64,000 nt of DNA, taken from the IMG/VR virus record IMGVR_UViG_3300044712_000568, positions 166,155 through 230,154 of that record; one strand, written 5' to 3'. Shown in pieces: positions 9,688 to 19,943 of this stretch. How positions within the stretch are numbered: position 1 is the stretch's first letter; every line of letters starts with the position of its first letter. The stretch comes from a virus (taxonomy: Duplodnaviria; Heunggongvirae; Uroviricota; Caudoviricetes). The notes below the pieces were generated by a model. That model was not told the DNA's origin. It did not search any database and saw nothing but the letters and a program-made list of their open reading frames with translations. A program made the position numbers and the translations under genes.

Positions 9688-11826
9688 TTAGGGGTTAGTT
9701 ATAATAAAAATTCCTGCTATATTGCTTACATAAAGATCGCCAGTAGTTCTATTACATCTCACAGAAAGTGGAGATACAATTGTTCCAGCATATGTATTTA
9801 AAGTCTGAGCATCGTCTGAGAGAGGTCCCTCGAAAGAAGCAGTATGACCTCCTGTTACAGTAGAAACAATTCCATTTGCTAATTTCTTAATTTTACTAAC
9901 ACTACTGTCTGCTACATATATAGTTCCAGTAGAATCTATTGCAATTGATACAAGACCTGAGAATTGAGCGGACAATGCTGGTCCATCAACATCACCAGGA
10001 GTTGACGGAGTTCCTGCAAGAGTGGTTACTTCCGCTGTTGTTATATTGATTTTTCTAATTGTTGGATTCCCTTGTTCAACAATATATAAATTATTATCTG
10101 GTCCTAAACACATATCAATAATAGTTCTAAATCGCGCAAGTTCTCCAATACCATCAGTATTTCCGTCAGTTCCGACGCCATTACTTAATACATTGCCAGC
10201 AAAAATAGTGGCATTCCAATTTGAATCTACTTTCCAAATACTGTGATAAGATGCGACATATCTATATCCACCATAAGTAATTATAGGAGCTGTAGGTTGT
10301 GTATAATAACTTCCAGCATTCGTTAGAGTGACCGTAGAAACTATATTATTAAATAATTTTCTCAGTTTAAGTGAAGATGTGTCAGTAATTAAAATGGATC
10401 CATCCGTATCAGTAGTAGCGTAAGTAGGAGACATAAATATAGCCTGAGTCAATGCATCTCCATCTGTTTCAATATATGTAGTGTCTAAAGGATTACCCGC
10501 TAGAGTTGTAACTACACCAGAAGATGTTATTTTTCTGACTGTTCTATTTGCTTGATCGCCAATTAAAATACTACCATCATTTTCAAAATTACCTAAAGTA
10601 CAACCATTAAATTTAGCAACAGATCCGGTACCGTCTGTATATCCAAGTGTTACAGGCTTACCACACAATGTTGATACCGTATTAGTAGTTAAATCAAGCT
10701 GTCTAATAGAATTATTATTTTCATCCGAAATAAACAATTTAGTTCCAGTTGAATCGATTTCTAATTCAAATGGATCATGAAATTGCGCCGTAGCAGCAGC
10801 ACCGTCTAAATATCCCATAGTGCCACTACCCGCAATAGTTGTAACTTCACCCGTTGTTATATTGATATGTCTAATTTTTTGATTAATTCTATCTGCTACA
10901 TATAATGTAGTATTATAGACAGCCAATCCTCTTGGGCCGTTAAATCCGGCAAGAATTCCTATTCCATCTTCTGCTGATCCAGGTTGCAGATTATCGTCTT
11001 TACCAGCTAATAAAGTTAGAGTGTTATCTAGTAAAGAAAATTTATAAATACTATTCGAACTACCGCTACTTAAAAACAAACAATTATTTAATAAACTATA
11101 TTTAAATCCAGATATTCCTAAAAGTTTACTATTAGAATCCGCTATCTCTGAATATAGTACAGTTAATATATTATTTTCTATTTCCGCAATAGAAATAGAA
11201 GTATTTGCACTATCGTATATTGTGGCATAAAACTTAGTAGCTGATGCCATACAAAAAAGTTTAACAATATACGTGCCGTATCCCAATAATGTGAGATCTA
11301 CTACAGGTTCTAAAAGTTTTGTATTTGTATTTAATTTTGATATAAAGGTATCATTTGCTTGTGCATCATTTACATATAAAATACTATTCTTATATATTAA
11401 TGAACCATTAGTATGCCAATTTACCCCATTAGTTAAATTAGAAATTGTTTCTAATTTTTTTGTAGCTATTGTTAGTTTTCTAATATTGAAATCATCTGCA
11501 ATATAAAGAGTATTATCATCTGCTAATGCAATAGCTTCTGGAGAACCTGTTAGTGCTTTTGTTCCATAATTATCAACATCAAAATATCCACCAATAGGAT
11601 CTCCAGCAAATATCTCAACTCCACGAACTGCTACATCTAATTGTTTAGTATCTACTTTACCATCAACTCCAGTTAAAGTATATTGCTCTCGTTTGGATGG
11701 CATTACTTCTAGGCTTGTTTTTCCTGTTACATTTTCTCCATTTATAGTTTGTGATTCTGGAGCACCGTTTTTGTATGTCCAAGATAATAACGCTTTTTTT
11801 CCGTATGGAATTGTGTAATTTGTCAC
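9688..11826 (-). CDS. NHL-repeat beta-propeller protein (tail fibre / receptor-binding candidate)
   Basis: about six degenerate repeats of the form IRKI..TTG.V.T.AG....GY.DG....A.F..P.G...D..G..YVAD. Confidence 0.6.
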   Translation of the reverse strand: MTNYTIPYGKKALLSWTYKNGAPESQTINGENVTGKTSLEVMPSKREQYTLTGVDGKVDTKQLDVAVRGVEIFAGDPIGGYFDVDNYGTKALTGSPEAIALADDNTLYIADDFNIRKLTIATKKLETISNLTNGVNWHTNGSLIYKNSILYVNDAQANDTFISKLNTNTKLLEPVVDLTLLGYGTYIVKLFCMASATKFYATIYDSANTSISIAEIENNILTVLYSEIADSNSKLLGISGFKYSLLNNCLFLSSGSSNSIYKFSLLDNTLTLLAGKDDNLQPGSAEDGIGILAGFNGPRGLAVYNTTLYVADRINQKIRHINITTGEVTTIAGSGTMGYLDGAAATAQFHDPFELEIDSTGTKLFISDENNNSIRQLDLTTNTVSTLCGKPVTLGYTDGTGSVAKFNGCTLGNFENDGSILIGDQANRTVRKITSSGVVTTLAGNPLDTTYIETDGDALTQAIFMSPTYATTDTDGSILITDTSSLKLRKLFNNIVSTVTLTNAGSYYTQPTAPIITYGGYRYVASYHSIWKVDSNWNATIFAGNVLSNGVGTDGNTDGIGELARFRTIIDMCLGPDNNLYIVEQGNPTIRKINITTAEVTTLAGTPSTPGDVDGPALSAQFSGLVSIAIDSTGTIYVADSSVSKIKKLANGIVSTVTGGHTASFEGPLSDDAQTLNTYAGTIVSPLSVRCNRTTGDLYVSNIAGIFIITNP

Positions 11827-11835
11827 AAAATCACC

Positions 11836-12093
11836 TTAAAGTATAGTTAAAATAAAAGAATTGTAGCCAGTAAATGCCATATTTGGAAAAGTTAGTTCAA
11901 CCTTAGCTAAATAATGATTATCTAAATATTGTTTCATAATAAATTCATTATAGTCAGGTGAATTTTTATCCGTTATAACAAAATCTGAAAATAATACGTA
12001 TTGTTTTGGAGACAATTGTAACACTGGTGTATTTTTTATTCCAGTAACCAAAACTATTGGGTGAGGTAGAACATTCATTAACACTGATGTCAT
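11836..12093 (-). CDS. hypothetical protein
   Basis: 85-aa ORF. Confidence 0.4.
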   Translation of the reverse strand: MTSVLMNVLPHPIVLVTGIKNTPVLQLSPKQYVLFSDFVITDKNSPDYNEFIMKQYLDNHYLAKVELTFPNMAFTGYNSFILTIL

Positions 12094-12140
12094 AACTTAT
12101 CTCATCTCTTTCTATATTTAATTAGTTTATCTAGAATCGT

Positions 12141-14774
12141 TTATATTTTTACTCGCGCAGAAATATACATGATATGTGGAGCATAATCTAATGTTTCTTT
12201 GCCTTTTATTTTATCTCTGGTGTATAAGTTATCATTGATAAAACGTTCTTCTAATGCAGCATAACTTAGAGTATTAGATTGATTTAGTACATTAGCATAC
12301 AAATTCTTAATAGCATACGGCCCGAAGTTATATCCCATAAGAGCAGCCATTAATACAGACTTCATATCAGGTTGATTTGGATCATTGCTAATTGTTAATT
12401 TATTTTTATTTACTAAAGTTACCATAATATTAACACAAAGTAATAAATACTGTACACCAATGTCTATATTTAGTTTAGGATCCGCATAGGCTTCTAAATT
12501 AACATTGCTATCTTTAGTGATATCTTCTATTGCTCCAACACTAAGTTGGAATAATCCAATATGACTTTTATTTCTTGCTGTCGGATCTCCATTAGATTCT
12601 TTGAGCATAATACTCTTAATAAGAGCTGGAGTAAGAACTTTAGCTAAAGGATGATTTTGTGGTATGTACGTAGAATGTGCTATTTTGATTAGTGTATCAA
12701 AATCAGCTTTGTCATAAAATTTTTCGGGATATTTAGTAGGATCGAATTCAGATGCATATCCATCTTTTTTAATATCCGCTATAGTTTTACCTAATGTAGA
12801 ATCTTCTAATGAATAATAAGCATTAGCAGAACTTTGCTTTAATGCGTCAGCCATATCTTTTGCTCTAGCTGATTCAATTCTAGCAAATGCTTTAGGAAGA
12901 TCTGTATTAGATGCTGAGGGATTTCCAATATTACTAGTAAATCTAGGACTTATGGTAGACATCAATCTTATTATTGTTTTAGCTCTGCTATATATAGCTA
13001 AACAATTTGTGATAACACCACCCAGCACATCAAAAACTAAACTTCGATTTACTTTGTATTCAGCATTTCCGGGAGTATATACCTTCCAATTACCATCTGC
13101 ATCAAATCCAGCAAATCCTCCAGATGAGTGTCTCATGAATATACTTTCTCCACCTGGAGTAAGCGAAATATCTAGTCCAATAACTTTATTGTATTCTTCA
13201 GTAACTGCACTATTATATACTTCACTGAAGGACTCTAATTGTGCTACATTCATAGATACTTCAGTAACTATGGGATTTCCTGAAGCATCTGTTAAAGTAT
13301 CTTGTTTTAACCACTCTTCTAATGGATGGATTAAGTTATAAGGAAATGAGAAATTTTCTCCCTTAATCGTAATACCCTTCATAGTTCCTTGACCGGGTTT
13401 ACGTAAAATTTCTCTTAATTTTATAATATCCGCTCCAGTTTTAACTAGATCTCCAGCATGAAACACTTCCCAATGTAAATGCCAACCACCGCCAGCCCCT
13501 TCAACTTTTCCAGTATTTCCAGTAACTCCTAAAGGACTTCCAACAGTATATTTTTTATAAATACCATTATTTGTATCTTGTATGATTTCAGGCAATACTG
13601 AGTCTAAATGTAAAAAGGCATGACAGTAACCATCAATTCCTTTAACCAATAACATTTTACCCGCTGTAGGACTATTAATATATGCTAATGGTATACAATC
13701 TATTGGTGCTACTAACTTAGCTTTAGTTACACTTAGATCTACTCCTAAGTGAATTCGCTTCGGACCTCCCGGAACAGTTCTGTCAGTTTTGAAATCTTTA
13801 TATGACCCTTTTACAATTTTAGGCCATGCTATTGTGATTGGTGGAACTTTCTTAACACTAGTGCTAGAAGATACCGCAATCGTCGTAGAAGCCGCATTAG
13901 GACCCGTGGCTGACATAGATGGAGTAACAGGCATCCCAGAAATGGAAGAGGTATTAGTGGGCTTAGAACGCAATACCTGTAAATCAAGTACTGGATTATC
14001 CGTATTTACAGACTGTCTTTTTCTATAGGGTGCTGACGCTGTAGTAGGAAAGTTTGGAAATTCATTAAGAAATGCTGTATACTTAGAATTTGGAGAACCG
14101 TCATCTAGAATCACAGCTTTTTTTAATGGATTTAAAGAACTGCCCAAACTAATTTGTTCTTGGCCATCTAAATCTGTTAAAATTAAATGAGCACCTTTTT
14201 CACTTTGAACAATATAAGATTCTGCTACTCTATTTTCATAGTTATCGCGCTCTTGTTCAGTAGTCAATTCAGCAGATAACAAAATACCAGGACTTAACTC
14301 AATAGATTTAATACGAGCATTTTGAAGTAATTCAGATTCATGAAATACTGCACCCAATACCAAAGGTAAATTTGGATTATCGTCTTCAAAAATAATATAT
14401 ACTTCTGTTCCTACTTTTGGAACATTAAATACTCCAAAAAAGGAACTAGCGAAGTCATTAGAAAAATTAGATGAGGTTGGACCCCAATTATGACCAACTA
14501 CTGGAGCCCATGGCAAACAATTGATTGCAGTTTCTGACAATTTACCTAAAACATCGGTTCCAACAGATTCTCCAAGTAAGGAATCTTCCTGTGGAATATC
14601 GCCAGTAACATCTGTTTCTTCAAATGCTCCACCATGTAGTGTAGGTATCCATACTTTAACTCTACCAGAATATAGTGGATCTTTTGTAGATACTACTAAG
14701 CCACGTGTTAATTTACCACTAATTCCATTAGTAGTATAATCTAAATATTCTTTGCTTTCAAAATCAAATGACAT
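12141..14774 (-). CDS. baseplate central spike / tail-associated lysin (gp5/gpV-like OB-fold N-terminus + M23 peptidase + lytic transglycosylase)
   Basis: N-term GLVVSTKDPLYSGRVKVWIP (gpV/gp5 OB-fold signature); M23 motifs HLGVDL and HLHWEV; SLT motifs LKESNGDP and GLFQLS. Confidence 0.75.
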   Translation of the reverse strand: MSFDFESKEYLDYTTNGISGKLTRGLVVSTKDPLYSGRVKVWIPTLHGGAFEETDVTGDIPQEDSLLGESVGTDVLGKLSETAINCLPWAPVVGHNWGPTSSNFSNDFASSFFGVFNVPKVGTEVYIIFEDDNPNLPLVLGAVFHESELLQNARIKSIELSPGILLSAELTTEQERDNYENRVAESYIVQSEKGAHLILTDLDGQEQISLGSSLNPLKKAVILDDGSPNSKYTAFLNEFPNFPTTASAPYRKRQSVNTDNPVLDLQVLRSKPTNTSSISGMPVTPSMSATGPNAASTTIAVSSSTSVKKVPPITIAWPKIVKGSYKDFKTDRTVPGGPKRIHLGVDLSVTKAKLVAPIDCIPLAYINSPTAGKMLLVKGIDGYCHAFLHLDSVLPEIIQDTNNGIYKKYTVGSPLGVTGNTGKVEGAGGGWHLHWEVFHAGDLVKTGADIIKLREILRKPGQGTMKGITIKGENFSFPYNLIHPLEEWLKQDTLTDASGNPIVTEVSMNVAQLESFSEVYNSAVTEEYNKVIGLDISLTPGGESIFMRHSSGGFAGFDADGNWKVYTPGNAEYKVNRSLVFDVLGGVITNCLAIYSRAKTIIRLMSTISPRFTSNIGNPSASNTDLPKAFARIESARAKDMADALKQSSANAYYSLEDSTLGKTIADIKKDGYASEFDPTKYPEKFYDKADFDTLIKIAHSTYIPQNHPLAKVLTPALIKSIMLKESNGDPTARNKSHIGLFQLSVGAIEDITKDSNVNLEAYADPKLNIDIGVQYLLLCVNIMVTLVNKNKLTISNDPNQPDMKSVLMAALMGYNFGPYAIKNLYANVLNQSNTLSYAALEERFINDNLYTRDKIKGKETLDYAPHIMYISARVKI

Positions 14775-14780
14775 AGAGGA

Positions 14781-15122
14781 TTACTTTAGAAGAGAATTGA
14801 CACGTTTGATATCTGCTACTAATATAATATCCCCTGTTTTTAGGGACGCAAAAGGATCAGTAATACCATTCATCCAATAAACTAACCACCAATAATCTTC
14901 TGATTGATATAAATGTTTAGCTATAAGATCTGCTCTATTTTGGTATGCGGCAGGAATTTTAAATTTACTAGTAACAGGAATAGCCGCCCTATATGCCAAC
15001 GGCAATGGGAAATATGTTAATACTCCCTTAGAAGAAGTAAATAAACCGCCCTTATTACTCCATAGGGCTTCACTCGAAGTAGTAGTTATCTGAGTTCCAT
15101 TCCAGTTTACAATTAGTGGCAT
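14781..15122 (-). CDS. hypothetical protein (possible LysM-like tail protein)
   Basis: 113-aa ORF; C-terminal GDIILVADIKRV weakly LysM-like. Confidence 0.4.
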   Translation of the reverse strand: MPLIVNWNGTQITTTSSEALWSNKGGLFTSSKGVLTYFPLPLAYRAAIPVTSKFKIPAAYQNRADLIAKHLYQSEDYWWLVYWMNGITDPFASLKTGDIILVADIKRVNSLLK

Positions 15123-15154
15123 ATCATAGTCGCTCTCTACTTAATTGATATTAA

Positions 15155-16297
15155 ATGTCGATATTTGTATCGGAGATCTATATGGCGGCAATCAAAAAGG
15201 GAAGTCCTATATCAAATAATAATAACCAAGCAGCAACAGTATCAGCGGTAACAACTACAATAAATAATGTTGCCAATACTCCTCAAATATATGGAACTTC
15301 TGGTAGTATAGTTACGACTAATGGAACTGGACAATTAACATGGGCACAGCCTACTTGGACTATAAACCAAACGCAGGCATTCCCAGGAAATATTTCAGTA
15401 ACTGGTTGGCCATCTGGCGCACAAGGATACGGATTAGGTTCTTACGATTTAAGTACCACGAATAAATTTTCAATGACTTTTTCAGACCCAATTTCATTTT
15501 TAACTGGTAATTTAGTTAAACTTAAAGACCTTCTTATCACATATCCACTTGACGGAAGATGGCATTCTGTCTATGTTGAGCAAGATTTTTCAAACTTAGA
15601 TTTATCCGTAATTACTACACAAGATGTGTATAAAGATAATTTTAGATTATCTATATTTACAATAGATAGATTATTAAACAGATTAGAATTTTGTGCTGTA
15701 TATAAAGAAGCAGACCCAAAAGCTAATTTAGAACATTTAGTACGATCTGATTTTTCTGTTAATCCAGATAAAACTGATTACCTTTCTACTTTATACTGCA
15801 GATTTGTTCCATTACTTCATTTTACAATAGTTAATACCGTACATAAAACTACAGGCTCTCTTAAATCTTTAAATATAGATTTTGAAAGAACTCTCAAAGC
15901 TGGATTAGTTCCTATTGTCCATTTGTCACATGCTGTGTTTGGAGGACTGGAAGTCCCTAAAGCAGCTGATGTTGCACAAGTTTTTGAGAATATGGCAACT
16001 GAAGTTTTGGCGTTGCGAAAAGAAAATTTTCCAAAAGTTCAGCCATATTTTAGCCCAGAATATGGATATCTTACTCTAAATATTGAACTTGATTTATTTA
16101 AAATTAGTAGAGCGCACACAGATTATTCCGAAGAAGGTCTTTATTCACTATTAAATAAAGTGTGTCTTCCCGGCTCTAAAACTAAAGAATTTGCTCAATG
16201 TTTGATGCAACATATTGGTTTAGATCAAAGAATAAAAGACACTGCTGATCAAGCAGTGTCTGATGTCAAACGGTTCATTGAACAAAGTTATAATTAA
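15155..16297 (+). CDS. hypothetical protein
   Basis: 380-aa ORF. Confidence 0.5.
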   Translation: MSIFVSEIYMAAIKKGSPISNNNNQAATVSAVTTTINNVANTPQIYGTSGSIVTTNGTGQLTWAQPTWTINQTQAFPGNISVTGWPSGAQGYGLGSYDLSTTNKFSMTFSDPISFLTGNLVKLKDLLITYPLDGRWHSVYVEQDFSNLDLSVITTQDVYKDNFRLSIFTIDRLLNRLEFCAVYKEADPKANLEHLVRSDFSVNPDKTDYLSTLYCRFVPLLHFTIVNTVHKTTGSLKSLNIDFERTLKAGLVPIVHLSHAVFGGLEVPKAADVAQVFENMATEVLALRKENFPKVQPYFSPEYGYLTLNIELDLFKISRAHTDYSEEGLYSLLNKVCLPGSKTKEFAQCLMQHIGLDQRIKDTADQAVSDVKRFIEQSYN

Positions 16298-16821
16298 ACT
16301 ACCGGAATAACGCTTATAAGGCTGGTTTTCGAAAGAGACCCAGCCTTATTTGTATTTGAATTATATGCAGTTAGAGTAACAGAATATTTTCCAATTGTAT
16401 CAAATCTTACAACAGGATCTTTAGAACTTGATGTAGTACTATTCAAATAGGTAATAGAAGTAGGACCATCTGCATTACTAAATGACCACGAAAATATAGC
16501 AAAATCTAAATCAATAGAGGTTAGATTCTGAAAAGCGATTGGAGAACCTTGACTTATTACTACTGGCAATGCTGGGCTAAAATTTACAATCACTTCAGCA
16601 TAAACAACGCCTTCTTTTATATATGAAGGCATTTGAGTAACAACTGTTAAAATATTTTGTTCTAGATAGGATAAAATTAAAGGCAGATTAAAATCGGCTA
16701 GATTGGGATTTTCTACTACAGCATCGTAATATGACACAGAATCATTTGGATTAATTGATATAGTTCTATTACCAAGAAATAATTGAACCATCTGTCCAGA
16801 AATATTTTTTAATAGTTTCAT
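16294..16821 (-). CDS. hypothetical protein (baseplate module)
   Basis: 175-aa ORF, overlaps neighbours by 4 nt. Confidence 0.45.
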   Translation of the reverse strand: MKLLKNISGQMVQLFLGNRTISINPNDSVSYYDAVVENPNLADFNLPLILSYLEQNILTVVTQMPSYIKEGVVYAEVIVNFSPALPVVISQGSPIAFQNLTSIDLDFAIFSWSFSNADGPTSITYLNSTTSSSKDPVVRFDTIGKYSVTLTAYNSNTNKAGSLSKTSLISVIPVV

Positions 16822-17174
16822 CGGGTTCTACTCAATTCATTCCAAAGATCAGAAAAAATGCTTCTGTTATAAAATCGTAGTAATACTACAAGAGAAATAA
16901 TAGCTAAGCAGATATAAGGGTCTGCACCTTTCATAAAATAATGTCCCGCGCAAAGTATTGCAAAAAATAATCCCAAAAGTCCAAAGTATCTTGGATAAAA
17001 CTGTCGTAATAAATAGTACTCTAATGTTTGATTGTTTGAATTTACAGCTAAAAATTTAAAAATATAATATCTAGTATTTCTAAATGTCTTCATTACTCTA
17101 ATTTGATTAATTGCCTCACATATAAAATATGTTAATACAATTACTGCACTGAAAAAATACATGTTATGCCGCAA
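16818..17174 (-). CDS. hypothetical membrane protein
   Basis: 118-aa ORF with hydrophobic segments. Confidence 0.4.
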   Translation of the reverse strand: MRHNMYFFSAVIVLTYFICEAINQIRVMKTFRNTRYYIFKFLAVNSNNQTLEYYLLRQFYPRYFGLLGLFFAILCAGHYFMKGADPYICLAIISLVVLLRFYNRSIFSDLWNELSRTR

Positions 17175-17544
17175 ATGATACTGTCGTTGTTACTAATTCA
17201 CCCGTTGCTCGTGTTCTTAAAATCAATTCGAAAATTCTAGTATTTTCTAAGCTAGCTGCTTTGATTGAAGCTACTTCAACTCTTGGTTCCCATCTTTCAA
17301 TATCGGCTTTTATTAAGTCGGCTATTAATCCTTGAGTAATTTCATTGATTGGTTCGAATAATAAATCGTGGGCAGAACTTCCAAATTCGTAGTTCATTGG
17401 CATCGACCCTTTTTTAGTATTCAGTATAACATAGATATTATTTTTTAACAGTTCATCATCGACTGCAATATGAAAAAAACCAGTTCCAGCACCTCGTCTT
17501 GGAGGAAACGCTATACCGACATAAGTTGGGTTGCCATTAGTCAT
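17164..17544 (-). CDS. baseplate wedge protein, gp25/GpW family
   Basis: GIAFPPRRGAGTG...NNIYVILNTKKGSMPMNYEFGS...DLLFEP...ERWEPRVEV matches the GpW/gp25 family signature. Confidence 0.75.
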   Translation of the reverse strand: MTNGNPTYVGIAFPPRRGAGTGFFHIAVDDELLKNNIYVILNTKKGSMPMNYEFGSSAHDLLFEPINEITQGLIADLIKADIERWEPRVEVASIKAASLENTRIFELILRTRATGELVTTTVSFAA

Positions 17545-17935
17545 CTGTTGCCTTTCCAGAACCAGCTGGATCTACTGTCTCAGCTACAGGCTCAGCTTTT
17601 TGAGTTTCTGGAGCTTTAGGGTCTGGCTGAGGAACTTGTCCAGCTATTTTAGCTACAGTGCAAGAGATTTCAGGTGCCCACTTTTTACTAAAGGTTTCAG
17701 TAGCTTTGGATGGGATATACAAGGATACCGCAGCTCCCAAAAATTGAAGGGATATAGTGGAACAATAGGATAGCATTTTATCATTTCCGGAATAGAAAAA
17801 TCCAGCACATGCCATAGCCTGCGAAAAGAATAAGCATAAAAATGCTCCTACTCTACCAAAAGACATTTGTCCCTTGTAGTCGTAAAGCACTTCAGAGGCT
17901 TTGTTGGAGGATAAGAAGTTATCTAACCAGTTCAT
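17537..17935 (-). CDS. hypothetical protein
   Basis: 132-aa ORF. Confidence 0.45.
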   Translation of the reverse strand: MNWLDNFLSSNKASEVLYDYKGQMSFGRVGAFLCLFFSQAMACAGFFYSGNDKMLSYCSTISLQFLGAAVSLYIPSKATETFSKKWAPEISCTVAKIAGQVPQPDPKAPETQKAEPVAETVDPAGSGKATDD

Positions 17936-17955
17936 ACTACTTAATTATGTAGCTT

Positions 17956-18366
17956 TTGCCGATACTCCTCTCGGAGTACCTCATGTACGCTATCCTGCAT
18001 TTACCTACTGGTAAATTTTTAGTCAGAGCCAATAGAATAGACTGCCAAGACCTTACAACTTACGACATAGACTATATTGGTAAAACCTTATTTTATAATA
18101 AGAAAGATGCTGAAAACTATAAACGTAAATTTTTAATTTTCTATTATCTAATAATTAAACATCATGCTGAAGCTATTGGAAGTGCAATAGTCTTTCCAAA
18201 AAGAATTCCAAAATTTTTAAGGAAGAAAAATAGATTTAAATCTTTTGGTTTTTCTTACGCTTCTTACGATTTAGGAGATAGATCATTGGATTTTTGGCTA
18301 TCTTCTATTAAAGATAACACTATTATTGTAACAGACCCAAAAGAATTTTTAGTTATTAAGGTATAA
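17956..18366 (+). CDS. HIPTG-family small protein (paralog)
   Basis: YAILHLPTGKFL near N-terminus, C-terminal KEFLVIKV. Confidence 0.5.
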   Translation: MPILLSEYLMYAILHLPTGKFLVRANRIDCQDLTTYDIDYIGKTLFYNKKDAENYKRKFLIFYYLIIKHHAEAIGSAIVFPKRIPKFLRKKNRFKSFGFSYASYDLGDRSLDFWLSSIKDNTIIVTDPKEFLVIKV

Positions 18367-18667
18367 ATAAAGTCTCAAGTTTTTTATGAAGCATTAGTTT
18401 AAGTTTTTTAGTTACTTTAGATTCTTCATAAAATACAATAGAAAAGTCTTCTATATTTGGATAGATATTAAATTTTGCGAAAAGAGTCTCAGCAAACACC
18501 TTTTTAGAATAAAACAAAAGATGTTCATGCAATAATTCAGCATCTGTTAGTTTAGTTTTAAATAGAGTAATTAACATATCTAACTCAGATTTTGCTTCTA
18601 CTTCATTTCCAAAAAGTAGTGGCAAAATCTCTTGCGATGGAATATGCTTAATAACATAAATTCCCAT
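18356..18667 (-). CDS. HIPTG-family variant
   Basis: N-terminal YVIKHIPSQEIL. Confidence 0.4.
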   Translation of the reverse strand: MGIYVIKHIPSQEILPLLFGNEVEAKSELDMLITLFKTKLTDAELLHEHLLFYSKKVFAETLFAKFNIYPNIEDFSIVFYEESKVTKKLKLMLHKKLETLFIP

Positions 18668-19464
18668 TAAGATTTCCTTTTTTTCTTAACTAATATAAAT
18701 CCGCTTAAAAATACAATAATACCACCCAAAGAGTTATATAATATTTGATTTCTAAGATAGTGCTCTCTAAATAAAATAGCCTTGGCTCTAATAAAACCAA
18801 TAGAGGCAACTACTTTTACTTGTTTAGAGTCTGGTTTTTTAAAGGATAAATTATCAGTATCAGAGGTTCCAAATTTAACATTTAATATTTGTTCTCCGGT
18901 TTTTACTGGCGTGACTAAAAAACTCCAAACATTTGCAGAATTTTCCGGCAGTAATGTTTGGAGAGTATTAGTTTTAGATTTAATTATAAATGCATCACTC
19001 TCTAATAAAATACCAACTGTTTTTGCAGACATATCTGTAAACATGGTTATAGTATTACTATTTGAATTTTCTGTTAAAGTCCCTCTAAATACTTTAACAG
19101 TAACTGAATAGTCTTTACCTATATTCATTATTTTATCATAAATAGCTAATACGCCTATTTGAGCGTATTTAACTTGAGTAAATGAATCTATTACTTCTTT
19201 TTTTGGTATAGTTATTGTTATACTTTTCGGAGAAACTGCAGTAAATTCTACATTTTCCATTCGTGCCGCAACAGGCCTAAAATCGATATCTGACATAGCT
19301 TTGTGCATTATAGCAGAAGCTGGTTTAATAGTATCCGGTAAATCTGGAGATATCATTTCTATGACAGGCAAAGCTATCTTAGTCGTTGCTTCCGGAAGTA
19401 CTTTTGGCTTATTGCAAGCTAACGTGAACAATCCCAATATAATTATAGCGTAGAGTTTTCTCAT
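18667..19464 (-). CDS. putative lipoprotein
   Basis: N-terminal signal-peptide-like MRKLYAIIILGLFTLACN, C-terminal TM. Confidence 0.5.
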   Translation of the reverse strand: MRKLYAIIILGLFTLACNKPKVLPEATTKIALPVIEMISPDLPDTIKPASAIMHKAMSDIDFRPVAARMENVEFTAVSPKSITITIPKKEVIDSFTQVKYAQIGVLAIYDKIMNIGKDYSVTVKVFRGTLTENSNSNTITMFTDMSAKTVGILLESDAFIIKSKTNTLQTLLPENSANVWSFLVTPVKTGEQILNVKFGTSDTDNLSFKKPDSKQVKVVASIGFIRAKAILFREHYLRNQILYNSLGGIIVFLSGFILVKKKRKS

Positions 19465-19525
19465 ACCGACCTACGTAATTAATTCCGAATTTCTAATCTT
19501 CGACAAAGACGGGTCGATACTAGCT

Positions 19526-19939
19526 ATGTGGAGTATACTCATGTGGGCAATAACTCATGTGACATCTGGAACGGTAGTCACAAATTATAAAGGATCTTTG
19601 TTCTATTCTGAGCGAGAGGCTAGACTGTTTTTACGTAAGACAAAACGTCTGTTAAATGTTCTTAGAACAATTTATTTATTTGATGATTACTGTGAGATGA
19701 AAGCAACTAGATATCAAGGACCTTTGTTTTTTCTTGGAGCAAAACCTGGAAAAAACAATTATCTTAAATTCAGATTTTATCGGAATCAAGAGAAACACGA
19801 TGCTTGTGAAGAATCTACTAGAAAACTTTTAATGCATTTTGGTAATAACTTAAAATTAATCCCTAATGACAAAATAACAGCTTTTTATAACCAAATAAAG
19901 CAAGCTCATTTATACTTTATCATTCATAGAGTCAATTAA
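19526..19939 (+). CDS. hypothetical protein
   Basis: 137-aa ORF, first of long + strand array. Confidence 0.4.
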   Translation: MWSILMWAITHVTSGTVVTNYKGSLFYSEREARLFLRKTKRLLNVLRTIYLFDDYCEMKATRYQGPLFFLGAKPGKNNYLKFRFYRNQEKHDACEESTRKLLMHFGNNLKLIPNDKITAFYNQIKQAHLYFIIHRVN

Positions 19940-19943
19940 ATAT

